Shown here: positions 26,884 through 37,609 of the stretch, piece after piece | Layout of the letters: the number at the start of each line of letters is the position of its first letter | Numbering within the stretch: position 1 is the stretch's first letter | Virus record (IMG/VR): IMGVR_UViG_3300033141_003854 | Location: 52 to 64,051 of that record | Origin: a virus | Lineage: Duplodnaviria > Caudoviricetes | Length of the DNA: 64,000 nucleotides | Reading direction: 5' to 3' (one strand) | The notes under the pieces: model-generated | Database searches by the model: none | What the model was told of the DNA's origin: nothing | What the model saw: the letters and a program-made list of their open reading frames with translations, nothing else | Made by a program: the position numbers and the translations under genes

Positions 26884-27837
26884 ATGAGCATAAAGATTGT
26901 GGGCGACCCACCACCGATTAAAAGACTAATAACAAATTGTTATAGCCTAGACCGGGCATTTAAAAATAAAAATGGAGACTTGGGGTTTCCTTATGGAGTG
27001 GCCATTGAAATATTCGGCCCTCCTGGTTGCGGCAAGAGTACATTATCTTATTCATTATCTGGGATATTGGCCGCTCATCATAATAAAAACATTGTATTGG
27101 CTGACTTTGAAGGGCTTGACCCTGATTTTATGATTACAGTATTATCAAAGACTAACTTTGATGGTACAGTTTATTATGTTGCCAAACAAAAAGATGAAGA
27201 TACCCTAGATGAAATGATTGATCGCCTAGCTGAAGATGAAAATGCTATTGCTATTATTGATAGTGTTGGGGCAATTAGTCCCGTCTCAGAACTTGATGGC
27301 AAACCAGGGGAAATGTCGATGGGACGCAGGGCTAAATTAGTTGCACAAGTTTCCAGAAAATCAATTCATCTGTTGAGAGATGACGCAAATAAAACATTAT
27401 TTGTTATCAATCATGTACATCCTAACCTTGGCTTTGCTGGTACTACCACCCCAGGAGGTCAAACACTAAAATATCTTGTCTCAGTCAGGATAAGACTAAA
27501 ACAAAAAGAAAAATTTCCTGATGGTTCTTATGTCTTAGAAGGAACTATCAAAAAGAACCGTTGGGGGTATAATGATAATGTATTCTATGTATTCATGCTG
27601 GCAGGTTATGGGCTTCATCGTGGCCTTACCGCTATGTATGATGGAATGTTACTTGGCAAAGTAAAACGGAGTAAAGTAGTAAAGATTGGAGATAAATCTT
27701 TTGGTTATCTGAAAAACATTGTAGCAGAAGCCCATGCTGGTAATGATGATTTCTTTACTCCCTTTTTTGAGGTTCTAAATGCGGAAACTGAAGATACTGG
27801 AACAGACCAAAATTCAGAAAGAAAACCTGACGATTAA
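26884..27837 (+). CDS. recA: RecA-like recombinase
   Basis: EIFGPPGCGKS, IIDSV, MGRRAKL, INH, TTPGGQTLKY..SVRI. Confidence 0.93.
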   Translation: MSIKIVGDPPPIKRLITNCYSLDRAFKNKNGDLGFPYGVAIEIFGPPGCGKSTLSYSLSGILAAHHNKNIVLADFEGLDPDFMITVLSKTNFDGTVYYVAKQKDEDTLDEMIDRLAEDENAIAIIDSVGAISPVSELDGKPGEMSMGRRAKLVAQVSRKSIHLLRDDANKTLFVINHVHPNLGFAGTTTPGGQTLKYLVSVRIRLKQKEKFPDGSYVLEGTIKKNRWGYNDNVFYVFMLAGYGLHRGLTAMYDGMLLGKVKRSKVVKIGDKSFGYLKNIVAEAHAGNDDFFTPFFEVLNAETEDTGTDQNSERKPDD

Positions 27838-28309
27838 TAAAGCTAGAATTGAACTTAGTCTTCCATTTCTATCAAAAAAGATGTGCCTGGGTATTGATCC
27901 GGGCACAGTTAATTTAGGCATAGCCGCCGTTTATCCGCGAGAAGGAAACGGCAAAATTGCCTATCTCTATCAGGTTAAACTAAAACGCAATCCCGACCCT
28001 GTTCAGCGAATGTTAGATACTCAGATGGTTTTATCTGAATGTATCAGGTACTTCTATTATGAAGGGGTTGCTGTAATAGAAGGTTCTAGCTTTAGAGGAT
28101 ACCGCCAAACAGAATTGGCGGAGGTCAGAGCCGCATCTGTATTTTGGTGTATAGAAAAGAATGTTTCACCTGCAATTGTGCCATTAGCTGCCATCAGAAA
28201 GAAGGTCTTTGGGGCAGGCAAAATGCGGGCAAATGATTTTTGGGATTTGCCTAAATTTGATGATGCCATAGCCGCATTATCCTGTGCATATTATGCTAGT
28301 TCGCTTTAA
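27779..28309 (+). CDS. RuvC-like Holliday junction resolvase
   Basis: LGIDPG..NLG, AVIE, DDAIAA. Confidence 0.85.
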   Translation: MRKLKILEQTKIQKENLTINKARIELSLPFLSKKMCLGIDPGTVNLGIAAVYPREGNGKIAYLYQVKLKRNPDPVQRMLDTQMVLSECIRYFYYEGVAVIEGSSFRGYRQTELAEVRAASVFWCIEKNVSPAIVPLAAIRKKVFGAGKMRANDFWDLPKFDDAIAALSCAYYASSL

Positions 28310-28481
28310 TCGTCATTCTGGGCAGTATCTTACCATCTGAGGTAAGCATAATCTGATAAGATATTTCGCAGTTATGCTTTTTGAGTGCATTTGCAATTTC
28401 TTCAGCACACTTCATGGCTCGCTCATTGCGCTCGCGCTCTAGTATTTCAGCGGCCTGTTGAGGATTTATTTCTTTTTCCAT
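28296..28481 (-). CDS. Hypothetical protein, last gene of the tail operon
   Basis: MEKEINPQQ... with AAGGA RBS; converges on the RuvC-like gene. Confidence 0.55.
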   Translation of the reverse strand: MEKEINPQQAAEILERERNERAMKCAEEIANALKKHNCEISYQIMLTSDGKILPRMTIKAN

Positions 28482-28621
28482 TTTTGTCCTTTCATAGAAA
28501 TTTATTAATGATCGCTTGTTTAGCATCATCATGTAATTGAACTAAAGTTGGTAAATAATTCTCTGGGAGTTGAAACCAATTTTCTTGTATCTCAGTTGGG
28601 GGAATATCTTTCCAATTCGCT

Positions 28622-28972
28622 TCACTCCACGTCAGGCGGAATAAAATTATTGTCCGCCTCCTGCTCTGCCGTTGTTCTGACCGCATCTCTGGCCGCCTTG
28701 ATGTAGTAGTGTCGCGCCAAATCACGCATGACGCGCAGGATATAGCGATCCAAAATGCGTAGCTTCTGTTGATTAGTCAACTCGTCATACGTGACTGGGA
28801 TAGGCTTTCCATCTGGATCGTCTGGGTTGGGTTTTGTGTGCTCTCCTAGGCCGCGATCCCACAACTCATGTACCGCTGCATCTAGCGTTTGATTCACCCG
28901 TGTGGTCTCCGCCGTGTACTCAAGTTTTAACGCGAACGTTCCATCACCATTATTTATAATTGTTGCTGACAT
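28622..28972 (-). CDS. Possible tail fibre assembly chaperone
   Basis: AAGGAG RBS; directly downstream of tail fibre. Confidence 0.55.
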   Translation of the reverse strand: MSATIINNGDGTFALKLEYTAETTRVNQTLDAAVHELWDRGLGEHTKPNPDDPDGKPIPVTYDELTNQQKLRILDRYILRVMRDLARHYYIKAARDAVRTTAEQEADNNFIPPDVE

Positions 28973-28981
28973 TGTGTCTCC

Positions 28982-30868
28982 TTATGCCACTGCCAGAAGT
29001 CCGTATGCTTCTAGCTTAGCGAGTAGATCATTAAATTTTGTGGTTATGTCCGCAAGTGTGCCATCAGCGTCAGCAATGCCTGACGCCTGCACAACCGGCG
29101 TAGCGTTGTAAAAGCCAAGTTTCTGATTAGTTGCCGTGCCGATCTTTGTACCCGTGGTGGTGTCCAGCACAAAATCGCGTCCGTTGGCCGCAATCGCTAA
29201 TTGCACTGTCCCGCCGCTATTCTGGAATTCAACCAGGTTTACCGTCTGCGTGGCGTTGGCCTGAACAATGAATTGCTGGTCGTCGGCTGTGCCTACAACG
29301 TGGAGTTTGCCGTTTGCCGATGTTCCTCCGATGACGACGTTGCCAGTGCTTGTTATCCTCATCGCTTCTGTTCGTGCGGGGCTAAAAATTATTGGTTTAT
29401 TTTCACCTATTCCACCTGAACCGCTCGTGCTAAATAAAAGACCTGCTGCTCGGTATGCTTCAATCGTAAAATAACCATCATTGCTATATACAGTCCCCTG
29501 GAAAAATTGGTCATTAGTACCGAATACACTCGCAACTTGCAGAGTAAAATCTTGTCCTGACATAACAAAATTAAATCTAGCACCATCTCTATCACTGCTG
29601 GGATGGGTTAAATCAATTGTCGTATAATATCCATTGGCAATAGCAGTTGCATTAGAACCACCAGCAATTAGTCCTCTAACATCTAGCTTTTCCCTAGCCG
29701 ATGCCGTCCCAATGGCGACGTTGCCGGTGCTTTGTATAACCATGTGCTGAGCGGCTGTATATGCATCTGTCATCGTTCCAAATGCTATACCTCCTGGAGA
29801 ACCCGCAACTCCTATATATATAACCTTTTCATCAACACCAGCATCTGTGTCTTCAACCAATATCTTTGGGTTAGTGCTTGCTAAATGTAGAAGCCGTTGT
29901 GGACTTGTAGTACCGATGCCTACTTTACATCCCGTGATTTCAAGATAATTATTAGTATCATCAAATGTTAACAACGGCCCGGCAGCTTGCCCTATTGTTC
30001 CTCCATCTGCCATAACGATATTTCCCCCATCCATTGTTAAATCACCAGTCATTGTATCGCCATCTCTATTTACAAAGATATTTGTAAATGCGGAGCTTTC
30101 AACTCTCAGGGCGATACGACTATCATATTCGCCTTCCATTGATATTGTTACTGTTGGGTCGCTTCCCCCGCTGGTTACATTGGCATAGATTTTCAGCACT
30201 ACACGGTCAGTTGGATCAAATATAATATCCGTAGCCTGGCTTGAAGATAAAACATACTGCAAGCGAGAAAGAGTAAGATCGTCACTTAGCTCACTTGTCA
30301 TTAGCTCAGTTTCCACGCCTCCAGTAGTTCGCTTAAATAATTTCCAGTATATATTAACTGTCTTAGTACCAGTTTTATACATGAAAATTGTGCCGACATA
30401 TACACCAAGAGTAAGCTGATCTACTCCGGGAAATCCACTCTCAGTAACAAATGACCAAAGCAGTTGATCATTTCCTGCTGATAACGATGGTGTAGTTAAT
30501 TCTGTAGTCGGATCGCTTGTTTCATCATCATACATATAATAACTACCGGTAACGTCAGATATATCGTCCGATAAAAAGAAATTCCATGTTGATGCGGCGA
30601 CTGCCATATCTACATATTGTTTCGTTGCAGCATGAAGTTTGGCCGTTGGATCACTTTCTAATAATACAGCAGCAAAAGATGGACTTGATCCTGTGCCAAC
30701 ATCTTGATCAAACCAAATCCAATTAGTGCCATCATGAAACCCAAAAGCATTATGTACAGTATCAAATGCTATTTCACCAGAAACTAGGTCTCCTAAAGCC
30801 TCTATATTTGTCTTTGTATCTTTAAAGACTGTGGTTGGAAACCCTAACTGTTTATCGTCTTTTCTCAT
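28982..30868 (-). CDS. Tail fibre / receptor-binding protein
   Basis: HAATKQYVD, GDTMTGDL, repeated GNV.IG/VGIGTTSP fibre repeats. Confidence 0.85.
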   Translation of the reverse strand: MRKDDKQLGFPTTVFKDTKTNIEALGDLVSGEIAFDTVHNAFGFHDGTNWIWFDQDVGTGSSPSFAAVLLESDPTAKLHAATKQYVDMAVAASTWNFFLSDDISDVTGSYYMYDDETSDPTTELTTPSLSAGNDQLLWSFVTESGFPGVDQLTLGVYVGTIFMYKTGTKTVNIYWKLFKRTTGGVETELMTSELSDDLTLSRLQYVLSSSQATDIIFDPTDRVVLKIYANVTSGGSDPTVTISMEGEYDSRIALRVESSAFTNIFVNRDGDTMTGDLTMDGGNIVMADGGTIGQAAGPLLTFDDTNNYLEITGCKVGIGTTSPQRLLHLASTNPKILVEDTDAGVDEKVIYIGVAGSPGGIAFGTMTDAYTAAQHMVIQSTGNVAIGTASAREKLDVRGLIAGGSNATAIANGYYTTIDLTHPSSDRDGARFNFVMSGQDFTLQVASVFGTNDQFFQGTVYSNDGYFTIEAYRAAGLLFSTSGSGGIGENKPIIFSPARTEAMRITSTGNVVIGGTSANGKLHVVGTADDQQFIVQANATQTVNLVEFQNSGGTVQLAIAANGRDFVLDTTTGTKIGTATNQKLGFYNATPVVQASGIADADGTLADITTKFNDLLAKLEAYGLLAVA

Positions 30869-30872
30869 AATA

Positions 30873-33674
30873 CTATTCCTCTAACCAATGTAATAAAGTA
30901 GTAGATGCACCCCAAGATGCACTAGATTCAACAAAAAATCCCACTTCATCTGCGCTTATAAAATCTGTACTTAATTCAGTATAAATTATTTCCCAATTTT
31001 GACCATCCACTGACCAATAATATTCTCGGTTTGTTCCATCATCTTTTATTTTCATCCATAATCCATGAATAACCAGTTCTGGAATTACAGATTGCATAGT
31101 AGAATTAAAAGATGTGGGACTATCATATCTTTGAATTTTTATTTCACTCGCACTATCCCCAAAAGTAAATAAAGCCAGCTTTCCAGAAGAACTTTCTCTC
31201 CATATCATTCCTACTTTTTGGTAATTTTCTTTAAACATTCTTGGGAGCATGAAAGATATTATGGAATAGGGAGTAGATGGAGCAGATTTTTTTAGAATTC
31301 TAAGATTACCTCCCCCGCCTGAAGGACTGTTTAAATATATTCCTCCTCCAGTTTCAACCGCAGTTCCGCTGCCTTGATTAATCCAAGTAAAGTCATTAAG
31401 ACTTGGAGAACTAAATGGGAAGATTGGCCCCCAAGGTATCCAATTATTTCCATCATCTCTTTCTATAACAAATCCATCATGCGGAAAAAATACATCTCCA
31501 TTATTGCTAGATATTGGTCTATTTGCATAGTCATCAGAATATGTTTTATTTCCATTCCCCCCACTCCCAACCGCAATTCCTTCAACAGAAGTGGCGATAA
31601 CCACTCTCAAATCTTTTGCATCTGTAGCTACAGAGTCTATATCCACCGTAATTACATCGTTTTCAGCCAAGTCTGTTATATCAGGAGTTCCAGACTTGGC
31701 TACCCCATCTGCGTCATCATAAGCCAGTTGAGGTCGGTTAGCTTGTGTAGTAAATATTGTAGTTCCATTTTTGTTTATATCTACTATGGTAGTTCCAGTA
31801 ACTCCAGGATCATCACAATAGATATACACTGATTCAATAGTAGCAGTTCCAATACTTACAAAATGGGCGACTTCAGATGCCACTACCAATGTCCCATCGA
31901 TTTCTATTTGGTAGCTTGGTGTAAGTAAAGATGCCGCAGACGTAAATTCAATTCCAGTTTCATCAGATTTTACTGCTAAAAATTGACCACTAGCCCCAGA
32001 ATAAGTTGTAGGAGTATCATCTAAATCAAGAAAAGCAAGCCCAGAAATGGGCGCAAGATCAAATTCAGTATCATCATCAGATTTAAATTTTAATGTTTGA
32101 GTGCCGCCAATATCAACCAGATATAAAGCGCCTTTATTAGTGGACGGAGTTCCTACTGAGCCGGTAGGAACTTCATCAAGTGTCATCACGCCATTAAGTT
32201 CAAATTCCGTTTCTGGAGTGACAACCCCCAACCCAAGGTCACTAGCTGTAATTGTACCTGTTGCATGAAAATCACCAGATACTGCTGCTTTATCTGTATC
32301 CCAATAAGCTACAACAGGTGTTGCTGTTGAACCTGTATGGGTAGCATATAGTTCCCAATATGTGCCTCTAGCAGAAGGCGACCAGGCTTCTCTGGCTTTA
32401 GCTCTTAGCCATGCCTCGCCAACAAAATTTGAACCGTCATAACCTACTGCGGATAACCACACAATATCCTGGTCTTTAGTTAAAGCCGTGGGGCTGGCTT
32501 CAGTACCTCCGGCGGCGTAGCCAGCTAAACTAACCAGGCCACCATAAGAAACAAAAGTAAGACCAGACGAACCACCATCTTTTATACCGACAAATTTTGC
32601 GGCTGTTGCAAATGGTAGAGAATTACCTCCAACAAATAAAATATCGTTAGTATCATCATAAAAGAAATTAGCATTATCCTCATCAATAGACCCATCAGCA
32701 TTTCCAAATAAAACACTACCAGTAATATATGTCCCCACTGCCCCGCCTGCTGCTGTGCCAGATACAATTGTTGCATTACCACTATTATATACTTCAAAGC
32801 CATCACCGACAAAATTCAAATACGGCTGGTTAGGCAGACCTGAACCATCATCCTGAATAATATGTCCAAACGTTCCTGTTGGAATAAAACCATCACCAAT
32901 TATCCAGGGACGTAAATCATACAAATTACTCCAGGTAACTATTGACGTACCAGAAACCAGCATTACGCCAGCAAGGGGAATACCAGAAGTTTCCGGCAAT
33001 CCTGGCACATAGTTAATTACCTGACTTATGCCCGTCATAGACGGATCAAAATAATCATCGCCAGGCGTTAGCTGAGGATTACCATCATCATCTAACCAGA
33101 CCAATACCATTCTAGCATTGCTACCAGTAGGTTTGTAATCTACAATGCTTGAAGTACCAGTACCACCTGCATAATACCAAACAGAATTCCGATAATAAAC
33201 AGAAGGCTCAATAATTACATTTCCTGCGCCACTTGAACCTGATGGAATAGCAGCCAGAGGCATCATCTGTCTACCCCATACCCACACAGGATCACCACCA
33301 GGGGCATCAGGATCAAAAGAGTGTTGTGCGCCATGCCTAGGCAAATAAGAAGATGTACCCCAATTTTGATACCGCCCTAAATCTCTCCCTTTAATTACAT
33401 ATCTATTATTTTCCCTATATACTAATACAGGCAATCCATAAACGGGAGAAACTTGCTCATTATAGGCTTGAATTAGCTCACTAAGATCGTCCCTGAGACG
33501 TACATAAACATAACCTTCTCTATTAGGAACTTCTACTAATTTCTGCCCTCCAAGTTTAATGCCAAGTATCCCAGGAACAAGTAAAATCTCGTCCTGTTTA
33601 GTCAGATTTATTTTTTGAATTGATTTTCTAAATTTATGCTGTCCAATTGGCATAATGCTAATCTCCACAATCAC
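30873..33674 (-). CDS. Tail fibre / baseplate-associated protein, multidomain
   Basis: G/S/T-rich, FLDLDDTP.TY.G repeat unit, C-terminal lectin-like beta domain; position after hub. Confidence 0.8.
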   Translation of the reverse strand: MIVEISIMPIGQHKFRKSIQKINLTKQDEILLVPGILGIKLGGQKLVEVPNREGYVYVRLRDDLSELIQAYNEQVSPVYGLPVLVYRENNRYVIKGRDLGRYQNWGTSSYLPRHGAQHSFDPDAPGGDPVWVWGRQMMPLAAIPSGSSGAGNVIIEPSVYYRNSVWYYAGGTGTSSIVDYKPTGSNARMVLVWLDDDGNPQLTPGDDYFDPSMTGISQVINYVPGLPETSGIPLAGVMLVSGTSIVTWSNLYDLRPWIIGDGFIPTGTFGHIIQDDGSGLPNQPYLNFVGDGFEVYNSGNATIVSGTAAGGAVGTYITGSVLFGNADGSIDEDNANFFYDDTNDILFVGGNSLPFATAAKFVGIKDGGSSGLTFVSYGGLVSLAGYAAGGTEASPTALTKDQDIVWLSAVGYDGSNFVGEAWLRAKAREAWSPSARGTYWELYATHTGSTATPVVAYWDTDKAAVSGDFHATGTITASDLGLGVVTPETEFELNGVMTLDEVPTGSVGTPSTNKGALYLVDIGGTQTLKFKSDDDTEFDLAPISGLAFLDLDDTPTTYSGASGQFLAVKSDETGIEFTSAASLLTPSYQIEIDGTLVVASEVAHFVSIGTATIESVYIYCDDPGVTGTTIVDINKNGTTIFTTQANRPQLAYDDADGVAKSGTPDITDLAENDVITVDIDSVATDAKDLRVVIATSVEGIAVGSGGNGNKTYSDDYANRPISSNNGDVFFPHDGFVIERDDGNNWIPWGPIFPFSSPSLNDFTWINQGSGTAVETGGGIYLNSPSGGGGNLRILKKSAPSTPYSIISFMLPRMFKENYQKVGMIWRESSSGKLALFTFGDSASEIKIQRYDSPTSFNSTMQSVIPELVIHGLWMKIKDDGTNREYYWSVDGQNWEIIYTELSTDFISADEVGFFVESSASWGASTTLLHWLEE

Positions 33675-35247
33675 TTGGAGGTGTTAATAAATAAAAATCT
33701 GTTTGATACGCGCCAGAATCGTTTTCGGACATTACATGCATAATGGCCTTCCCACAAATGATGGACGTTCCCACATAACGAGTAAACCAATAAGAAAATG
33801 GAATATTTCCGCCCGGCCAGTTTATAGGAATAGATACTGATTCTTCGTTTCCTTCTTCTAAAGACACTCCTAACAAAGAAGATGCCTGTGCAACCCAAAA
33901 TCTTGAATTGACCTCATCAATCGAACCCCAAAATACTGGAGTAGCTGATCCAGTATGTAGAGATTTTGGAAAGCCCAAGCCAAGAGGAACCCAATCTGGA
34001 AGACGGTATAGTTGATAATAATCAACACCTGCTTCGGTTCTAAGTTTCCAAATAAACGCATAAGCCTTTTGATCTCCCTGACGCACTCTTGGGAGATAAA
34101 AAGATGAAACTGCGGTGCTATACATAATCCCATCTGATAATGTAACATATTTCAAATAAAATGGGCCAGTGGTATTTTCATCTGCATGAAAGAAATATGC
34201 TATATCTGTTGTTCTATCAATAACTGGCTGAGTATTATACATTCCGGGCGTAGAACCATCTACGGTTTCCACAATATTATCTGATATTAAAACCGTTTTG
34301 TCAGCACTATTTATGACTGCCATTGGATAAGGACAAACATTTACAGACGAAGTCAAACTACCAAAATTGGAGACAAAATTTGTTACTATCCAATCTTTAG
34401 AAATATTTACATTGGAAGAATACCAAAGAATTGGGCTGCTGGTTACTTCTGCATACTGAACATCTGAAACAGTACCAGTATCTAGATCATACCAAGTTAC
34501 TTGAATTAGTGTTTCATAGCTGGCAGTATAAAACATTACCCCAAAAACAATGTAGTTATAGTCGTTATAAGAATGATGAACAGCAAATAAATGTGACAAA
34601 CGACTATATGATTTTCCATTGTATATAATATCCCCACTCTCGCTGACAACCGCCTCATAGGTTTCATCGCAAAAATTTAATTTTATAAGTATTGAATCAT
34701 CAAACGCCCCCGGCTCGTGTCCAAACGCATAGACGGTTTCATTACTTAGTATAACCGCAAAATCTAAAGCAAAATTAGATGCTATTATAGATGCATCTTC
34801 TTGCCCATCTATAAAGGATATTCTGGAAAAACGTGTGTTTCCATCTCCAAATGTTTGATACCAACAAAAAAATAGATGATCATACGTTATTCCAAAATCA
34901 GTATCAAGACCCGACCAAGAAGTATTAAATGAATGAATTAATGTTGGGGTAAGATAAGATGGAAAAGGATCACGGAAAGTAACGGGAGATTCAGATGGAA
35001 ATTGATTTACTAAAACTCTAAGAAAACTACTTTCATCTCCAGTTGTCGAACTGCGAACCAGCGGCATAAGCTGAATGTTTCCTCTTCCTGACACATCAAA
35101 CTTATACCCCTTTACCATAATATCTGCCCGCCTAACACTTTTAGTAGACTGTTTTACTGACAACATTGTATTTTTAGCGGTTATATGAACTTTGTTACCG
35201 TCAGCGTCATAATTAAATTCTAGCAAGCTCATACTGTTCCCGTACAC
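33658..35247 (-). CDS. Minor tail protein (beta-rich)
   Basis: Position between hub and fibres. Confidence 0.65.
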   Translation of the reverse strand: MYGNSMSLLEFNYDADGNKVHITAKNTMLSVKQSTKSVRRADIMVKGYKFDVSGRGNIQLMPLVRSSTTGDESSFLRVLVNQFPSESPVTFRDPFPSYLTPTLIHSFNTSWSGLDTDFGITYDHLFFCWYQTFGDGNTRFSRISFIDGQEDASIIASNFALDFAVILSNETVYAFGHEPGAFDDSILIKLNFCDETYEAVVSESGDIIYNGKSYSRLSHLFAVHHSYNDYNYIVFGVMFYTASYETLIQVTWYDLDTGTVSDVQYAEVTSSPILWYSSNVNISKDWIVTNFVSNFGSLTSSVNVCPYPMAVINSADKTVLISDNIVETVDGSTPGMYNTQPVIDRTTDIAYFFHADENTTGPFYLKYVTLSDGIMYSTAVSSFYLPRVRQGDQKAYAFIWKLRTEAGVDYYQLYRLPDWVPLGLGFPKSLHTGSATPVFWGSIDEVNSRFWVAQASSLLGVSLEEGNEESVSIPINWPGGNIPFSYWFTRYVGTSIICGKAIMHVMSENDSGAYQTDFYLLTPPSDCGD

Positions 35248-37262
35248 CCATCATCAATAAAGTTCAGACTTTGCGCCCGACAGACAAAAAGTCCATTATG
35301 GTAAATATCAATTCCAAGGCCAAAAGTCGGAATTGGCGGAATTGTGATTGGTGGAATGCCAAAACTTCCACCACCATCATCTTCTGTACTGTCTGGAGGC
35401 ACATCAGGAATGACAATTGTAGCACCAGCAAATCCCTGAGTAACCTCATGCAAGGTAACTCTGGGCAAAAGAGCCTGAGCAATTGAATTGTATGTCCAAT
35501 CAATACTTTGAATAACAAAAGCCTTGTCAGTAAAAACAATACCACGAGCAGTATCTTCGGAAGTGGTTGTAATCTTTATAATCTCTTGAGGCGCAATATC
35601 TAAGTTACCAAAATTTGCCCGCAATCTCATTTCTACGTTTGGAAATCTCGCATTCTCCCAAGCCAACAAGTTCCCAACCATAGTATTCAATTCATCTTGA
35701 TCTTCTAAAGCAATGCCTTGTATGCGCTCTACTGTACCTCTATATTTAGGTGCAACACTTGGTGCGGACGCCAAAAACGCGCCAAAAGTATTTAAGCCTG
35801 GATCATAAGATATGCCCCCCATCTCAATAAAAGATGTTTCATCAATAAATTTTTCATCTATAACAGGTTCGTCAATCCAATCTCTTTTGGTAACGCTAAG
35901 AGTAGTAGATAAAGCTGTACTAGCATTATCTATTACAGACGCATCTTGTTCAGCCCAAAGTTTACCTTGTTTATCTGAAACAATTTTGCCAAATCTCGCC
36001 CCAGACATCAATTCATTTATTGCGTCATATATAGAAGTTCTGTCGGCATCAAAATACTGTATGTTTCTATCATCATCGGTATATTCAAAATCACAACACA
36101 ATAACACTGTGCTATGCCAGGCCAGATAATGATAAATGGCTCGACTGATTGTCATGTCTTTTAGTTCAAACCAAGTGGAAGGACTGTTCTTGCTTTCAAC
36201 CGACACAGAAAAACATTCAGATTCTTGCATTATTCCAGTAGGAGAAATAACATCAAATTCTACTGAATTATCTCGGTAGTTGTGCCGAATTGTGCCGCCA
36301 GAAATATATCCAACAAATTTAATGGATTGTCTGTTAATAGCGTTTCCGCCAATTGATTGTTTTGTGTCTCCATACCAATCTTCGCCAAAAATAACTACCA
36401 ATGCGCCATCTATAATAGCGGTTTTGTCTACGTTTTCTCTTACTCTAATGCTTACAGCATAACCACCACTATCCCTTGATCCCGACCACTGTAATATTTC
36501 CCAATTCAATATCGGTACATTACTTCCCTGCCCCGGCCGGTCATAAATTGAAACATATCTAATAGATTTATCTTCTCTATTAGACGCAGAAGTTACAGTA
36601 AGAAATGTTCTGTAATGGCCGGGAGTGTCATAAGTTACAAACCCAGGAGTATGGGACGTTGAACCTGTCGGAGTTCCGCCTTCAAATATCCAGCTATATG
36701 TAAGATTATCTCCAAGCACATTTGATGTGCCTGAAGCCGTCCAATATACTTGAGCTTGACCAGTAGCGGGATCAAGAAAACCGGCATAGTTTGAACCCAT
36801 ACAGATAAATGTGCCCAGAATAGAGTTCTGATCTGTATAGGGAATATCGTACATCTTATAAAAAATTACATTTTCTTCGTCTGCGGGGTCTTGAATAATC
36901 CTTGGAAATACGGGGATTATCTCAGTAAAGCCCAATACCGTAACATAATCATCTTGTTCCCAATTTATGTGGTCACTTTCTACAAAACGAAGGGCTGTAC
37001 CTGTTGCGCTTCTTGCCCAAGTTCTTCCTTTGCTATCATCGCCAATCGCAGAACCAACAAGCGTAACTAAAAATAAATCATTACCAATATCACTTGCCGT
37101 ACCGGAAGCATCATAGTATGAAATGGTTTGTTGGTCGGCATTGTAACTTCCGGTAACACGACATGAAAACAAAGTCTCAGGCTGAAATATTGACAAATAC
37201 AGCTTAGTTCTTTGGGGATAGGTATTTAGAAGTGTAGTCTCTGCACTAGTCGGTACTGTCAT
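35229..37262 (-). CDS. Baseplate hub / Tal-like protein with PKD-like domain
   Basis: LTYSWIFEGGTP...YDTPGHY..LTVT PKD pattern; follows Dit-sized gene. Confidence 0.7.
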   Translation of the reverse strand: MTVPTSAETTLLNTYPQRTKLYLSIFQPETLFSCRVTGSYNADQQTISYYDASGTASDIGNDLFLVTLVGSAIGDDSKGRTWARSATGTALRFVESDHINWEQDDYVTVLGFTEIIPVFPRIIQDPADEENVIFYKMYDIPYTDQNSILGTFICMGSNYAGFLDPATGQAQVYWTASGTSNVLGDNLTYSWIFEGGTPTGSTSHTPGFVTYDTPGHYRTFLTVTSASNREDKSIRYVSIYDRPGQGSNVPILNWEILQWSGSRDSGGYAVSIRVRENVDKTAIIDGALVVIFGEDWYGDTKQSIGGNAINRQSIKFVGYISGGTIRHNYRDNSVEFDVISPTGIMQESECFSVSVESKNSPSTWFELKDMTISRAIYHYLAWHSTVLLCCDFEYTDDDRNIQYFDADRTSIYDAINELMSGARFGKIVSDKQGKLWAEQDASVIDNASTALSTTLSVTKRDWIDEPVIDEKFIDETSFIEMGGISYDPGLNTFGAFLASAPSVAPKYRGTVERIQGIALEDQDELNTMVGNLLAWENARFPNVEMRLRANFGNLDIAPQEIIKITTTSEDTARGIVFTDKAFVIQSIDWTYNSIAQALLPRVTLHEVTQGFAGATIVIPDVPPDSTEDDGGGSFGIPPITIPPIPTFGLGIDIYHNGLFVCRAQSLNFIDDGCTGTV

Positions 37263-37609
37263 GTCTTTATATTAGAAACAACTAAAATAACATCCTGAAC
37301 GTACTGAGTAAAATATTCGCCTACTTCCGGCCTTTGAAGGGTACAACCAGAATAATCATAAAAAGTATAACTAGATGCATCCAATTTAGGCAAAGATGCC
37401 ACAACTGTTCCCGTAATTCCTTGTTGTTCATAGAAATTAAAAATTTGATTGAATTCATCTATATCCATAGCGCCCCAGCGCATTTCGAATTGATTTATTG
37501 CTGGGTATATAAAATGACCATCTCCTGTAACTCCTAAAGGAGAGGATAATGACCATCGTCCAGAAGCAGGTTGTAATGTTAGTTCTATATCATTAATTTT
37601 GTATGTCAT
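37259..37609 (-). CDS. Distal tail protein-like
   Basis: 116 aa immediately after tape measure. Confidence 0.6.
   Translation of the reverse strand: MTYKINDIELTLQPASGRWSLSSPLGVTGDGHFIYPAINQFEMRWGAMDIDEFNQIFNFYEQQGITGTVVASLPKLDASSYTFYDYSGCTLQRPEVGEYFTQYVQDVILVVSNIKT

Noticed and set aside
28982-33674. Diversity-generating retroelement targeting tail fibres
   Set aside because: No reverse transcriptase and no adenine-only mismatched repeat pair seen
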